Positions 26,567 through 39,269 of a stretch of 64,000 nt of DNA are shown in pieces (positions within the stretch are counted from its first letter, which is position 1; each line of letters begins with the position of its first letter). A program made the position numbers and the translations under genes. Source of the DNA: Octopus sinensis. Taxonomy: Eukaryota. Below the pieces are notes generated by a model. It ran no database searches and was not told where the DNA came from. It saw only the letters and a program-made list of their open reading frames with translations. The stretch is from contig NC_043005.1 in assembly GCF_006345805.1 (NCBI RefSeq), forward strand, positions 107,384,001 through 107,448,000, in the 5' to 3' direction.

Positions 26567-26687
26567 TTAAAGACTTGTTTTATTTATTTCCTGAGCGCCA
26601 TACTAATACATTGTTCGTTTGTTTTCCACCTGCCTTCGTCTTTTGTTTATTTTCATAAAGCTTCCCGTATAATATATTATATATATA

Positions 26688-26727
<40 letters not shown>

Positions 26728-26732
<5 letters not shown>

Positions 26733-26988
26733 GAAGGGTGAAATTAATTAATTTGGAAAAATTATCAATTACACAAGAGTCTTCGGCATGTAAAAGCCTC
26801 ATTCGAGGAAAATTTAAGTAATACTAAGCAATAAGGGTTTAGCAACGAGTTGCCTTACCACTTACTCGTTGCTAAACCCTTATTGCTTAGTATTACTTAA
26901 ATTTTCCTCGAATGAGGCTTTTACATGCCGAAGACTACTTGGTGTAATTGATAATTTTTCCAAATTAATTAATTTCACCCTTCATTAT
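26728..26988. repeat. 261-bp near-perfect palindrome (123/125-bp arms, 13-nt spacer)
   Basis: 26728-26850 is the reverse complement of 26864-26988 except for two 1-nt indels. Confidence 0.95.
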
Positions 26989-27500
26989 TACGGATAACCA
27001 TATTTTATCTCAGTGATGACCACAGCATCTTGTTTTGGCTACACGCGGGTGGGAAGGGGCTGTGACACAATCGTTTCATTCACAAATTGAATTCGGTGAT
27101 ACCAGTTGCGGGTTCTAGCTCGCTCTGATACTGAGTGGAGTTGGTGCCTTCTGGTATCTCAAAATTCAATATATAATCATTTATGATTATAGTATTCTAC
27201 GCTGAAAGAAAAGAAGTTTCGGTAAGATAGAATTATTTATTATTTAATATTTAATATTTAATTCGTATGCTTTCCTTAAAACTTGATTTCGAAACGTACG
27301 TCCGTGGATAACTAAAAAAATGTATGATAGATTGCAGTCAATTCATTCTCTCTTACCTGTTTGTGCCTTCCAAATGCTGTTTTTACTGAGAATCTCCCTT
27401 TTTAGTAGAAGAAATAGCTATAACCCTTTGACTGCTATTTCTAAATTCGGTATGTGGTAAGGCAACTCGTTGCTAAACCCTTATTGCTTAGTATATATAT

Positions 27501-27541
<41 letters not shown>

Positions 27542-27749
27542 GTGTATATATATATTATATATCTACATCTACTATCTATATCTATCTATCTATCTATATA
27601 TATATATTATTTATCTTATCTATCTATCTATCTATTCATCTATCTATCTATCTATATATATATATTTATCTATCTATCTATCTATCCATCAATCTATCTA
27701 TCTATCTATCTATCTATCTATATATCTATCTCTCTCTATATATATATAT

Positions 27750-27950
27750 ACAAGAAAGCACAAAAAATCACAACAACGCGAGGACGTGGAACAAATATAG
27801 CATTATTGGACGCTCAAGCAAGAAGGAAAGAAGGAGGGTTTAATGTTTCGAACGAAGCTCTTCATCGGAAACATAGGAGAATGAAAGATCCAGAGAAGGG
27901 AAGACGGAGGAAAAAAAATCACCAACGGTACACACGAGGTCACATTTAGA
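27750..27950 (-). mobile_element. Penelope-like terminal fragment with hammerhead-like core
   Basis: Minus strand CCGATGA-A-GAGC-ttc-GTTC-GAAAC at 27845-27868. Inserted next to (TA)n/(TATC)n. Confidence 0.55.
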
Positions 27951-28159
27951 AAAGTATATATATAACATATATATATAATGTATATAAGTGTGCGTTTAGG
28001 CATCTATACATATATACCTGTATGAATGAATATACATCTAAGAGCGATGGCTTCATATTTGAGTATGCAATATGTTACATGAAATACTGTTTCAAACTGT
28101 AGTAAAAAAAGAATATATGTTCCTCTCAATCCAGCACCCCCATATAAATAAATATATGC

Positions 28160-28224
<65 letters not shown>

Positions 28225-29066
28225 GTATATAATATATATATTTACATAATATATATACATGTACATATACATATATACATGCATGCACACACAATACGTG
28301 CACGTACACAAACACGCACACACATGCATGCATATATATATATATGCGTACGTATGTGTGAGCGCATTCGTGTGTATGTTTGAGAACCTATTGGTAATTG
28401 CAGATATGAACGAGCGCATAGCCACACACACACGAACATCTTCACATTCGCGCACGTATTCTTTTCTTCTTATTCTTTGATTCAATAACATATTAGCTGC
28501 GATATTCAAAATGTCCTCTTGAACAAAAACATGAACTTGAAGAATCAAATTAAAGGCAATAGAAAAGATGGCAAAATGAGACAAAGAATGAAACAAAGTA
28601 TGGTTCCAAAGGAAGCGAATCAATAAAGGATGATTCTTTAGTTTTGATACCAATTCTAAACATCGGATTCTTCGTTTTGCTTTGCTATTTTTGCTTATTA
28701 AATGGTAAGATTGTCGCTGCTGTTTTGGTTTCGATATCATTATTATTTGTCTTGTAAGCCAGTTGTGTTGTGTTGTGATGTGTTGTGTTGTGTTGTATCA
28801 TCTGTTTTATTAGAGCCGAGTTATTTTGTTTGAAGTTCGTTGATAGATGCTAATGTTTATCGTTTCTGTTTGTTTTTGTTGCTTTTTTTCCCTTCGTTTC
28901 TTTTCTCTTCTCGTCTTTTTCTTTTCAGTATTGTCCTGATTGTCTTCTGAGAAAAATGGTAAATAATTGAAGAGAAGAACCCACATACACTCCCACACTC
29001 TCTCGTGCACATTTAGATGAGTATACACACATACACATATATAGACACACATGTACATACATATAC

Positions 29067-29123
<57 letters not shown>

Positions 29124-30913
29124 ATACATTCATACGTACGCGCACACACTCATATGTATATGTATATATATACACATATATATATTTATAAACACACAGA
29201 CACACACACACGCATATGTATATCTTACACACTCACATAGGCATATACACATATGCATTTGCACATACATGCACATGTGGCTTCTTACGCAAATATCTAA
29301 CCCTCGCTTTATACGCACAGAAGTCTACAAAGATAGACACACATACATATAATACTACAGACATATATAAATGCACACATACAAACACATGCACACATAT
29401 ATTCACAAACAATTACGAACACACAAACTAGCATATGCGTATACAGTTGCATATAAAGACATACGTATACATAACATTCATAAACGATATTCACACGTAC
29501 AATCACGTGAAATTTGTACGTATATAGAGGCACACAAACAATTAAAGAAATGAGAATATATTTGTATGTATGCGCAAGTGTGCATACATATCTAGACACA
29601 TACGAATACACACACAGACGCACAGACACACACACTCGCGCGCACGCACACGCATATATGTTCTTAAAAGCATTCTTATAGATATACTTACGAATAAGCG
29701 TGCATATGTATTTATGTACATCGAAGCACACATACAATGCAAGAAATGAGAAAGTATTTATGAATAAACACAGAATATCAAGACAGATAAGACAAATCTT
29801 TAAGGCCTTGATGCAGCTGGTTTTGACCAGTTTTAGATGTAAGGTTGGACATGGGGAATTTATAAACGGTGTACGGGGTTGACTGGTGGTTTGGCTAATT
29901 ATTAAAGAGGGGTGGAGAAGCATGTTGGTGGGTGAGAAGTGAGTCAAGGGAGGCGGGATTCATCCATTTCTATTAAACGGAGGGGTTAAATTTATGGGGG
30001 GGGGTATCCTGTTTTCGCCAACAGTAACATCGAAGATGAGAATTATAATGATGATGATGATGATGACGATGAGAGGAGGAGGAGGAGGAGGTGGAAGAGG
30101 AGGAAGACAGCGGTGATGTTGTTGGTCATATTACTGATGATGACGGAGGTAGCGGGTCAGGTATGAGTGTAATGAAAAATGTATGTATGGGGATGTTAAT
30201 GACAACTGTGATGTTAATGATGAGGAGGAGGAGAATGAGAAAGTAGAGGAGAGGGGGAGGAGGAGGACTAAGTGGACGACAACGACGACGATGACGACGA
30301 CGATGATGGTAGCTATGTTTATGATTGTTGCTGTTGTTGGCATTGTGTTAGAGATGCTTTTGTTGTTTCGTTTTGTTGGGTTCGTGGCTGTTGTTGTTGA
30401 TGCTGCTATGGTTTCTGTTTATGTCAGTATTGTGATAGAAGGCAACAATTCATTGGCTGGTCGTAACATTAGAGAAGAAACGATGTGTAAATGAAGTTAT
30501 AGGGTGAGTGAGAGATTAGGCTTATTGAAGCTAATAAAGATTATCAATGAGGAGGAAGTGGAGATGCGTAAGTAGTGGGAGGCAACAGTAACGGTGGTAT
30601 TTGTAGTGCAGACTCTTACAATATGTCTTGCGGTGTTTAGATAGGACCCTTTACGTTTTGAGTTCAAATCCTGCTAGAGTCGGTTTTATGCTCAATCGTT
30701 CAGTGATAAATATAATAAGGTACCAGTCAAACACTAGGTTTTATTTAATAAACTGCTCGTCGCCCATGAAGCAATTTTGAACCTGTGGCTATGTTAGGTA
30801 TCATTAATTGAGGTACTTAAGATACTGATAACAGCTCTAATTGTTTGCTATTCAACTTGATGGTGGGTGGCGGTGGTGGTGGTGGTGTCGGAGATGATGG
30901 TGGTCGTTGGTTA

Positions 30914-31259
30914 AGGCGGCGAGCTGGCAGAATCGTTAGCACGCCGGGCGTAAAGCTGAGTGGTATTTCGTCTGCCGCTACGTTCAGAGTTCAAATTACG
31001 CCGAGGTCTACTTTGCCTTTCATCCGTTTGGGGTCGATTAAATAAGTACCAGTTATACACTGGGTAGTAAAGAAATAGGTATTTCGTCTGTCGTTACGTT
31101 CTGAGTTCAAATTTCACCGAGGTCGACTTTGCCTTTAATACTTTCGGGGTCGATAAATAAACTACCAGTTTCGCACTGGGGTCGATTTAATCGACTTAAT
31201 CCCTTTGTCTCTCCTCGTTTGTCCCCTCTATGTTTAGCCCCTTGTTGGCAGTGAAAAAT
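30914..31259 (+). mobile_element. SINE family A dimer (first unit internally deleted)
   Basis: Second unit restarts at ggtatttcgtctg after gtagtaaagaaata. Confidence 0.85.
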
Positions 31260-32710
31260 TAAATATTTCTTCTGTTACGGCTAGAAGTTCCTTTGACCTT
31301 GGTGCTGTTGATGTCATTCAAGATTAGGCCCTGGTCACAACTGTAATCAATAGTCTTCGAACCGTTATCATAAAGTTTGTTTACGGCAACAGAGAGTAAT
31401 TTAAGGATTATAGGCTCTTATTTCTCACTGCTCTTTAGAAGTATCTTTATATGTTTTAGTTTCCCTTATTGTTTGAAACAAACACACTGTATTTGGGTTA
31501 CCTATCAATGATCACAGTTAAATTTGTTGTGTTGTTTCTTGCCGGTACACGTTTAGTGGTGCTGGCTTTCTAATTACTAGTGTACATAGTAATAGAGTGA
31601 AATGACATTAAAGCCCCCTGTTATTAGGCTATAAAGAAATACCCAGCTCGTACGTATCTTACTGTCTTACTGATATGACATCTCACTTGTAGGAGGTTAC
31701 ATGGATATAATCATTTAGTAAGTTAGCCCAAGTCACGCAGTTGTCCTGTCGGGATTTGTTGTAACTGATAGACTTTTAACTTTTAGGTACATTATGAGAG
31801 TGCATTGAAAATAGGATGGCTGTTAATTATTATAAGTCAAATCACTACGTAGTGACATGCTTGTTGACCAGGTTTGTGAGTTAGTGTTATTGATGTTACT
31901 GTTGTTATTATTCTTGATGTTGTTTAGCCCGGAGGCAAAATGATACAGCAGAACTAAGTGCATTTGCAATCCCGTCATGTCTGCACCATAGACAACCTAA
32001 AGGATATGTTCTTCGTTTATATAGGAGGTAGGGTGTGGTATTGTGGTCACTGTGAAATGGTGGGGTTCTATTGTGGAAGGTATGAGAATCTGGGTGCTGA
32101 GCTGATGAAGTTCTTGTTATTTGAGCCATTGTGGATTTTAGAAGGGAGAAAAGTGTAAGCGATTATGACAATGGTACTAGCAATGATGTCGGGTGAAGGA
32201 AGTTTAGAGAGGACACGGGCAAAATTGCTTAATTAAGCAAGAATATGAATAACAGTATAAATGAAGACATTTCAAAGAGGATATTATCATTGCTATTTCT
32301 TACTAGTTCAGAAAATTTATCCAAGATAACAAAAAATGTTACGTCAAAAATGAGACAAAACTGTTTAAAGACGGAAACAGAAACGAACGTTTTTTTAGAT
32401 AAACATACGAAGAGAAGAACATATTAACATTGAGTTATTGGACAGTGATTGTATTGAAATCTGATGTCTTTATTCCTGTGAAATCTATTCAACAGTTTTA
32501 TTTGTGGTTAGCATGTATTTATGCTTATATATGCATATATGCATATATGCACGTTTCCTTATTATTTATTTGCATGAAGTTACATTGCGTATAGTTTAGT
32601 GAGCAATTTTGTTTGCAAGTTAATTACAGCCATACACTCAAACAAACTCTCACACGCACACACGTGTGTGTATTATGCATACGTGTATTCGTGTGTGTGT
32701 AAGTATGTGA

Positions 32711-32756
<46 letters not shown>

Positions 32757-32857
32757 TCACATATATATGTATGTATATATATATGTATATATATACATAT
32801 ATACACATATATGTATACATATATATACATATATATGCATGTATATATATATGTATG

Positions 32858-32956
<99 letters not shown>

Positions 32957-33904
32957 CACATACATAAATGCATACGTGTGTGTAGATGTGTGTGTGTGCG
33001 TGTGCATGCGCATAACCAGCTATTACTTTATAATCAGTAAATAACACGAACTCTATCCTAAACAAATTTATACACTTTGTACAATTACATCCATTTACAT
33101 ATGGACACTCAGAAATCAAATAAACACATTTGTTAGCACATATATTCATATATTCATCTTACATTATCTTCTTTCGTCTTAAGACATCCCCTCTTAACAT
33201 ATCTATCGCTTCCTCTAAACTGTAGAATGGTTAATGTTTCATGCACAATCGGAGTTTCTTTTCTTTCTCTTTAATCAATTATCCATGTGAGCACGGACTG
33301 TGATGGCATAATCTTCGGGTTGTTTCGTGTGGCCAATTTCCAACCTGAATATGTGTAGAAAAATGCAGAGAAAGAAAAATAATAGAGAAGTATGAAGATA
33401 GAACCAAAAGGCTGGTCTGAATACATATAGCATACTGAAATTCGTTGGTAGACAAGTAAATTAAAAGATATCCATGTGGCAGTATGTTAAAAGTATTTTC
33501 TGAAATTAGATTTCAACTCTTAAAGGCTAGTTGGCTTGGTGGAAAATTGAATTAAAAACATCTTTTAGTATTTTAATCTAAGGTATCCAAAATTGTATTT
33601 TGCTTAATACCGACATATCATAAATATGCATACATGCATTTACACACACACACACACATACATATGCATGTATAAGCCAACACTTACACACATCCATGTA
33701 TATACATATATACTCGCGTAAACATACACACGTAAACACACATACATGAATATGTATAAATAGAATGGCAGAATTTGTCCAATCAGTTTAGTAAGTCATA
33801 AATAAAAGAGGAGGCGCATAAATATATACACAGATACATCCATATATATGAATACACACACACACATACACACACACACACACATATATATATATACATA
33901 TATA

Positions 33905-33943
<39 letters not shown>

Positions 33944-34002
33944 ATATATATATATATATACAAGCATATATATATGCAACATATATATATGCATACCTAT
34001 AT

Positions 34003-34067
<65 letters not shown>

Positions 34068-34104
34068 CATACATATACATATATACATATACGTGTGTGT
34101 GTGT

Positions 34105-34228
34105 AGGAACAGGAGTGTATGTGTGGTAAGAAGTTTGCTACCCAACCACATAGTTTCGCGTTCCGTCCCACTTTGGCACCTTGTGAGTGGTTTTGATAGA
34201 CAGAAACTGAAAGATGCCCGGCGTATAT
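34105..34228 (+). mobile_element. SINE family B 5' half
   Basis: aggagtgtatgtgtggtaag...gacagaaactgaaagatgcccggcgtata. Confidence 0.7.
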
Positions 34229-34666
34229 ATATATAAATATGCGACATGGAGAGATGGCTTATCTGGAAAAGCAGCTTAGACCCTACCACATGTCTAAATA
34301 CAAGGACAGAGCTTTTCGGATCATGCCCACATGTGACTAAATTTCTGTTACGTTTTTGGTCCTCTAAAGAAAACGGATAGAACATGCTTTCTGTGTTATG
34401 TCCCAAGAAGATTTTATATTTTTTTATATATTTTTATATATTTTTATGTATTTTTATATAATTTTTATGACGAAAAATGCGAGCGATGTATAAGTACGCA
34501 GGCAAAGCAGAGTTATAACAGAGTAATTTCCCTTCATTTTTAACGGTATTTTTTCATAACGTTTTCAAATAGCCAGATAACCGAAGAGATGGTGTTGTGG
34601 ATTTCCACTTCGGCATCTGAAACTCAGAGTTTTATCTTGACTACCGAGTAATGTAACATATTGTAT

Positions 34667-34728
<62 letters not shown>

Positions 34729-34778
34729 GCGTGTGTGTATACATATATATATATATATATATATGCATGTGTGTATAC

Positions 34779-34826
<48 letters not shown>

Positions 34827-34839
34827 ATGTATTTGCGTT

Positions 34840-35050
34840 TCTGTGTTTGCCCCACCACCATCGCTTTACAACTGATGGTGGTGTGTTTACGTCCCTGTAA
34901 CTTAGCAGTTCGGCAAGAGACAGATAGAATAAGTAGTAGGATTAGAAAGAATAAGTCCTGTGTCGATTTGTTTGTCTAAAAATGGCGGTGCTCCAGCATG
35001 GCCGCAGTCAACTGACTGAAGCAAGTAAAAGAATAAAAGGCTAAAAGAAT
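34840..35050 (+). mobile_element. SINE family B 3' half
   Basis: ccaccatcgctt.acaactgatggtggtgtgtttacgtcc...ggcggtgctccagcatggccgcagtc...gactgaa.caagtaaaaga. Confidence 0.8.
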
Positions 35051-35100
35051 GTAATTATATATATATATATATAATATATATATATATATATACACATATA

Positions 35101-35257
35101 TACGACGGACTTCTTTCAGTTTCCGTTTACCAAATTCACTCACAAGGCTTTGTTCGGCCCAAAGTTATAGTAGAGGACACCTGTCCAAAGTGCCACGCAG
35201 TGGGACTGAACCCAGAATCATGTGGCTGGTAAGCAAGCTACTCACCACACAGCCACT
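35101..35257 (-). mobile_element. SINE family B 5' half, inverted
   Basis: Reverse complement of the family B head through gaaagaagtccgtcgta. Confidence 0.8.
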
Positions 35258-36047
35258 CTTCTCTCTCTACATATATTTATATACGCATACACATAAAATT
35301 CGGTACTTTGTAGACAGGTATATAAATGTGGTGGGTCAGAGTTCAAGTAATAAAAAGACTGAATAAAAACAGTAACGATGAAGAAATAGCAGTCAAACTC
35401 TCATCTGATTAAGATTTCTCAATGAAAGCTACTTTAGCAGCAATTGGGAAAATCAAGTCAACATGGAAATACTGGGAAATTTATCGACAAAGTGCTTAAC
35501 TTGTAACTAAAAGTTACAGAAGTCAATGAATGAGAATGTATACAGAAACTTTGAACATTTAGAAATGTTGGTTTACTATATTCTTTTAACGGATTCAGTC
35601 ACAGGGATAGAATATGTTAAGGTACTATCTTAAACGATCGTATCAATCACAGTAGGGAACTTCAGTTTAAGGATATCTATGGACCGAGTTGCTAGGTTAT
35701 ACATACACATAAAAGGCCAGAATTCATCCAATCAGTTTAGTAAACAATAAAGAAAACAACGCACAGATACATACATGCATACATAAACAAACACATACAT
35801 GCATATAATCTTACAGAAGACTGATAGGTTTCAATGAATGCAAATCTCTGATTTATATTATCGATGTATACCCAAAGAAAAGGCTGCCAGCTTGCATCCA
35901 TACACTTGAAACCAGTGTCATAACAGGCTTCATTGTCTAAGCGTGTAGCTGAGACAGAAAACGCCAGCTCGATCGCGAACAGTTCTTCAAGGTGGATTTG
36001 TGCGTGTTTATTGTAGCTTGGCTAAGTTGACATCAGCGGTATTTGCG

Positions 36048-36050
<3 letters not shown>

Positions 36051-36120
<70 letters not shown>

Positions 36121-36590
36121 AATTATTGTATACAGTGCTCAGGTGCACCACAACTGGTCAAAAGTGCATATAAAGCATATGCAGTAATGCACAAATGTCT
36201 GGAAAGTGAACAGTGTATGAGTCATATACATGCTTGCGTGTGTATGGAGGGGAGAAAATCATGTGTAGTGTTGGCGAATCTCAGGAAGCATGGAAGTTTT
36301 GAAGGATGCAGTGCTCCGACAACTAACAACTGATGCCGGCAGTCTGTTCCATGCTTCAGCAACTCTTAGCGTGAAAAAATGTTTCCGAAAGTCATGGGAG
36401 CTGTGCTGTTTTCTCACTTTGTAAACATGTCCACGAGTGTTAGACAGGTGGAGTTTGAAAAGGTGCTCAGAGTTATTGTTTGTGAGAAGGTTAAAAATTC
36501 TCTTGGTTGCACGTCGCTGAACAGTTTCCAGACGATTAATATCCTGGGCAAAGATTTAAGGACTGGACTGAGTTAAGAATTTGAGTTAAG
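36051..36590 (-). mobile_element. CR1/L2-clade LINE 3' end with (TTA)n tail
   Basis: Minus strand reads SEHLFKLHLSNTRGHVYKVRKQHSSHDFRKHFFTLRVAEAWNRLPASVVSCRSTASFKTSML (TRGH and F..RV...WN.LP motifs), then a 3' UTR and simple-repeat tail. Confidence 0.85.
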
Positions 36591-37074
36591 GACTGAGAAC
36601 AAACACAGCGCAACATTTTAGCGAGTTCTCTGTCGAATCTGCCGATTTGCATATCAAAAATATGATTAATATCATAATCTCTGACAAATGATTGCTTTTC
36701 ATTTATTTAGGAGACGTCAACGTAAGTTTTGTAAATGTTACGAGATGTTTAAATTAGCAGAAATGCTACACTGTCAGATTAGATGTAAACGACATGAACA
36801 TATTACTTGATATACAATTAATGACAATGAAACGTCATTAATTGTGTATGTCATTAATTGTATACCTGCATACAAACACGCATTTATATACACGGTCACA
36901 TATAACATGGGTAAAATGTGTATGCCTGCACGTGCATGCTTGCATGTCAGTAAACAATGATTTCATTTGGGGCAGTAAGACGGATAGTATTTTGTTTTCC
37001 AAGATGGGCTCACACAGATTCACTCATGTAATTTTTATTAAGGTTATGTATGTAAGTATGTATCTTTGTACTTA

Positions 37075-37345
37075 GAGGCGCGTACCTTAGTGGTTAGGGT
37101 GTCAGCATCATGATCGTAAGATTGTGGTTTCGATTCCTAGACCGGGCGACGCGTTGTGTTCTTGAGCAAAACACTTCATTTCACGTTGCTCCAGTCCACT
37201 CAGCTGGCAAAAATGAGTAACGCTGCGATGGACTGGCGTCCCGTCCAGCTGGGGAACACATACGCCATAGAAACCGGGAAACCGGGCCCATGATCTTGGC
37301 TAGGATTTAAAAAGGGCGCATTTATTTATTTATTTATTTATTTAT
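37075..37345 (+). mobile_element. tRNA-derived SINE family D
   Basis: gaggcgcgtaccttagtggttaggg...ggtttcgattcc head. The body ttcttgagcaaaacactt...gctccagtccactcagctg...tgcgatggactggcgtcccgtccag recalls conserved-core SINE superfamilies. (TTTA)n tail. Confidence 0.75.
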
Positions 37346-37933
37346 AGATATACACGCGAGGTTAATGCTTGTTAGAAGTGTCTAAGTATCTATGTGTAAG
37401 CACACATACATCCACACTCACAAAAACGATGTTTCTTCAATGCACACACATACTGTTAAGTGAATTTCTATACAAAGAACAACCGTATATACATATATGC
37501 ATTGGTGTGCGTCTGTTTCTATTTAAGAATAGAAATAAAGTCAAGATAATTCATAATGAGCAGAAGAAATAAATGAAAACGTGGGTAAACATTCATATTT
37601 TTATATATTTGTTAAACGCAAAACATTAAAAAAATGCATACATTTACATTCCATAGAATTAAAATATAACCTTGCTATTTTTTATTGAGAATTATTCACT
37701 GTATATCTTATGATAGAAAAAAACGTAAAATATGGAGGGTGAGAAGAAGAAAATATCATACAGAAGTGTTAAATTTGAAAAATTACCGAAAATATCCGAG
37801 TAGAATGGGTATGTGTATTTTTTGAGGATTAACTAAAGAGAACATATTATTATTACTATAATAATAATAATAATAATAATAATAGTTATTCTTATTACTA
37901 TTAATATTGTTATTATTCTTATCTTTATTATTA

Positions 37934-37982
<49 letters not shown>

Positions 37983-38214
37983 TAATATTATTATTATTAT
38001 TACTAATATTATTATTCGTTGTGAATGTGTTGATGTTTATATTGTTATCATTACTGTTGTAGCATACAAGAAGACAATTGGTGAATTTATTTAAGACAAA
38101 TAGTTAAGGCATTTTCAAATTATAGTTGTTTTAGTATATATATGTGTGTGTGTGTGTATGTATATGTATATATACATATATATATGTATGTATATATATA
38201 TGTATATATATATG

Positions 38215-38328
<114 letters not shown>

Positions 38329-38899
38329 TCCACCTAACTGTGTGCATAATATTACGTTCACACAAATGATGAATTTGAGCATATGACTAAAATAACAGGG
38401 AAAAAATATATATAGTTTCACAAAAACGTGCAAAAAAGAATTAATCACGTCACCCTTAAAATATCTCAAAATTCTGCACTCGAATATTTTTTTTATCTGG
38501 AGAACAGCATTGTATTGCTTAAAAAATAAATATAATTATTCTTCTGCATATTAATATTTTCCATCAGTTATTTCTGTCTTCGTAAATTTCTTTTTGTGCA
38601 CAACATAAGCTAAGTTGTCAACAATATCAATTTAAATCACCACCACAACAATAAACAACACTAACCAACGAATGTGTGGCAATAAAACAACAGAAAACAA
38701 AATAGTTAACAAAAACTTAACAATATCAGTATCCAATCAATTTCGAAAACAGTACCAAATATAGCATTTATTATTGCCTTCATTAGCTATAAATACTACT
38801 ATAACACACACATGCACATACATACGTAAACGGCGTTCCCATTACTATAAGTACTTGAAATATAGAATCCTGTGAGATTATTAAGGTTGTGTTTTGGTA

Positions 38900-39020
38900 A
38901 AAGAAATAATAAAACGGTATAATAAAGAAGAAGAGATCTAACGTTTCGGAATTTGTTCTTCTTCGGAAGGAAAGAATAAGTGAATATATATACACGTGTT
39001 CTCGTTCTAATTCAGCATCC
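38900..39020 (-). mobile_element. Penelope-like terminal fragment with hammerhead-like core
   Basis: Minus strand CCGAAGA-A-GAA-caaa-TTC-CGAAACG at 38942-38966, similar in layout to 27845-27868. Confidence 0.4.
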
Positions 39021-39269
39021 CTATCGAGGAAGTGAACTAAGTAAATGAGAGATGTGGAGTTATTTGTGAAGACGGAGATGGGTGTAGAAACTAAGAAATG
39101 AAGAGAACAACCAGTTCAATCACAAAGCTAAAATAGTTTTAAAAAGTAAGAATAAATATATTTGGATAGAAATCACTAATGTTAATGAGACGATATGACA
39201 AGCAACAACAACTACACATACAGGCTGCAAATACGTTTTTTTCCAAATAAACATAACGACAATTTCTCA

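Larger units (their letters stand above)
24851..26668 (+). mobile_element. Penelope-like element (Neptune-like), 5'-truncated, young
   Basis: RT C-terminus (SSSHPEHTKLSIPYSQFLRLRRLCSDDHDF...RGYP...LTYHP), Cys linker (PCSRPRCRTC) and GIY-YIG nuclease (IIYCISCSLCNSLYIGQTGRRLADRFAEH...REQELIFSLRSYTPFGLN). Followed by a C/T tract, tandem repeats and a pLTR ending at (TA)n. Confidence 0.9.

Noticed and set aside
29760-32200. Two purine-rich segments (29760-30000, 31890-32200) whose minus-strand translations faintly recall PLE linker regions
   Set aside because: No diagnostic motif is retained and the similarity could be compositional.
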